From: Heteronotia binoei
Taxonomy: Eukaryota
Assembly (NCBI RefSeq): GCF_032191835.1
Contig: NC_083227.1
Location: 137,082,001-137,146,000 of the forward strand
Length of the DNA stretch: 64,000 bases
Direction of reading: 5' to 3'
Under the pieces are notes generated by a model, which did no database searches, was not told where the DNA came from, and saw only the letters and a program-made list of their open reading frames with translations. Below, piece by piece: positions 62,135 through 64,000 of this stretch; position 1 is the first letter of the stretch; each line of letters opens with the position of its first letter. The position numbers were made by a program, and so were the translations under genes.

Positions 62135-62422
62135 GCAGATGTCAAACTATCACACTGGACCCTCCTTCTTAAACAATGCGCCAAACCTACTTGAAGTAGT
62201 ATTGGCAGGGACCCTAGACATCACATAGACCCACTGTATTGGGCCTATATCTTAAATTGACCAGAGGCAGAATCTGGTTTGATAAAATGCCATCTTATTA
62301 TTGTTTTGTGATTTTACTGAATTGTAGCTTTAAAACTGGGCTACCATTAGAATTTGAATGATGTAGCCCACTTGTGGGAAGGGCCAGATAGAAATCAAAT
62401 TAATAAAATAAAATAAATAAAA
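62135..62422 (+). mobile_element. Old L2 3' fragment
   Basis: GGAAGGGCCAGATAGAAAT followed by a (TAAAA)n tail. Confidence 0.45.
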
Positions 62423-62848
62423 CATTGAGACTTTTGTTCCTCAACCATTCTGGAGATCAGTTAGCTATGTAAGCTAAAAGCTTGATAGAAAGGTCACAAC
62501 TGGCCATTAGGACAGTTAAAGGTAATTGAAAAAAACTAAGAGGTGGACATACTTGGGAAACATGAAGGACAAATGCAGCCAACAGGATGCTTGGGTTTAC
62601 AAATTATTGCAGACAAAATACAGTAAGCTCAAGCATTACAATACAAAGATATTTTTAAAATCTTAAAATAATTCAAATAATAAGATCTGTTGTGGTCACA
62701 GTCAGAGTCCCTAGGATGTGTGCGATCTTCAGTCCTTCTACCTTCTCAGTTTCCTGACTGCAGCAGTTTTATTCATTGGCCCATGGAAAGGCCATTGAGA
62801 AAATGGAACACTCTCCCCCCCCCCCCAATGCTGCACAGTGCAGTTGAG

Positions 62849-63040
62849 TAGGGTTGCCAACTCAAGTATGGAAAATTCCAGGAAATTTGTCTGGGGAGGG
62901 CAAAGTTTGGGAAGGGACCTCAGTGAGCTGTAATGCCATAGAGTTCAGCCTCCAAAGCAGCCATTTTATCCACAGGGACCGATGTGGTCTGTTTCAGTTA
63001 TAGCCTCAGGCATCTCTAGACCCCACTTGGATGTTAGTGT
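62849..63040. mobile_element. Short-form TAGGGTTGCCA MITE
   Basis: Starts TAGGGTTGCCAAC; GCCATAGAGTTCAGCCTCCAAAGCAGCCATTTT body. Confidence 0.65.
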
Positions 63041-63077
63041 TGCTATATTGGAGTATGCAGTCTTTAATATTAATTTT

Positions 63078-63310
63078 CACTAGCAAGGTGGAGTCCTAAG
63101 TTGAGAGAACTGGGTTTGATTCCCCACTCCTCCACATGCACCTGCTGAATGACCTTGGGTCAGTTACAGTTCTCGCAGCTCTGTCAGTCTCACCTACTTC
63201 ACAGGGTGTCTGTTGCGGGGAAAGGAAGAGAAGGAAATTGTAAGCTTCTCTGAGATTCCAAGTGAAGGTCAGGCTATAAATCCAATATCATCTACATCAT
63301 CTTCTTCTTC
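63078..63310 (+). mobile_element. Squam3-like SINE, degenerate
   Basis: GGGTTTGATTCCCCACTCC box B; CTCACAGGGTGTCTGTTG; (TCT/CAT)n tail. Confidence 0.7.
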
Positions 63311-64000
63311 CTCACCCAATTGCCAATGGTAGCACAGCCCTGGTTCGGCTTGGTAGCCACAGGAACACTAAGGGGATAATGATGTTTGATCCTTCTCCAG
63401 GGTTATAATCTAATTGCTGTAATTTCCTTCCAACCTCTTTCAATGAAATTCCAGGACAGGTGGCGGTGGTGGTGTTGGTTGCTGCTGCTGAAACCTAGAT
63501 ATATTAGGTTTTGGTTTTATTTATTGTTGCCTACTTTGAACTTTTCCTAATAAACATTAACTAATAAAGCATAATTTTTAGAAGATTGTTCTCAGCTATT
63601 ATCAGGGAATTTGGCATCGATAATTCTGACAGATAATGCTTTTGTGATAGTCTGGTTGGTGTTGTGTCTCTTACAGCTTAATAAACATCTGTCTCTTCTT
63701 GCTGCACATTCCCTTGATAGATTTCTGTAGGTTTTATTGCCCTTAGCAAGCCTACCCTATCCTGCCCCGCATGACATGAATGCTTTCATATTAGATTATC
63801 ATGGTGCTATGTTTTCCTTTACTTTGTTCTAGATGACCCACAAAGGAGCATTGCATCATTATAAAACCAAACAATAAAATACCCATAACAGGAAAGAATA
63901 AACATCATATAGGTATAATGGTCCTCTTTTCCATGGTTAAAGAGGAGGAAAAGGCCTTTATCTATGATTTCATACACCATGCCTGTTGTAAAAGAAAGAA

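Noticed and set aside
63330-63490. Minus-strand Gln/Pro/Thr-rich reading near the window end
   Set aside because: Short and low-complexity with no recognisable homology or paired splice sites; cannot be supported as an exon

Overview
Vertebrate (squamate, probably gecko-type, judged from its SINE/MITE content) genomic DNA holding the 5' end of FSTL4 on the + strand. A CpG-island promoter (~3.56-5.17 kb) carries CCAAT, octamer and CRE motifs. A probable non-coding exon 1 ends at 4250. The first coding exon (20209-20344, missed by the ORF track) encodes a 42-aa signal-peptide region, MKSRSFWSLLIIFEVLLSAAWGWME...; the rest of the window is intron 2, where I found no convincing exon 3. Nearly everything else is transposon-derived: L2, CR1, RTE, an RTE-X-like LINE, Gypsy remnants, hAT and Harbinger-like MITEs, and tRNA-, CORE- and 5S-headed SINEs. 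I found no evidence of a new multi-gene system. The most unusual signals are structural. (1) One TSD-bounded young LINE insertion whose inverted 5' part duplicates an internal RT segment and differs from it at synonymous sites, suggesting two RNA templates. (2) An ORF2-less L1-like family present as a 2.37-kb and a ~0.43-kb head+tail form, each with its own long TSD. (3) A 286-bp near-perfect palindromic MITE whose arm mismatches all fall on CpGs. Repeat family names come from recalled consensus motifs, not database searches, and boundaries lacking TSDs are approximate.
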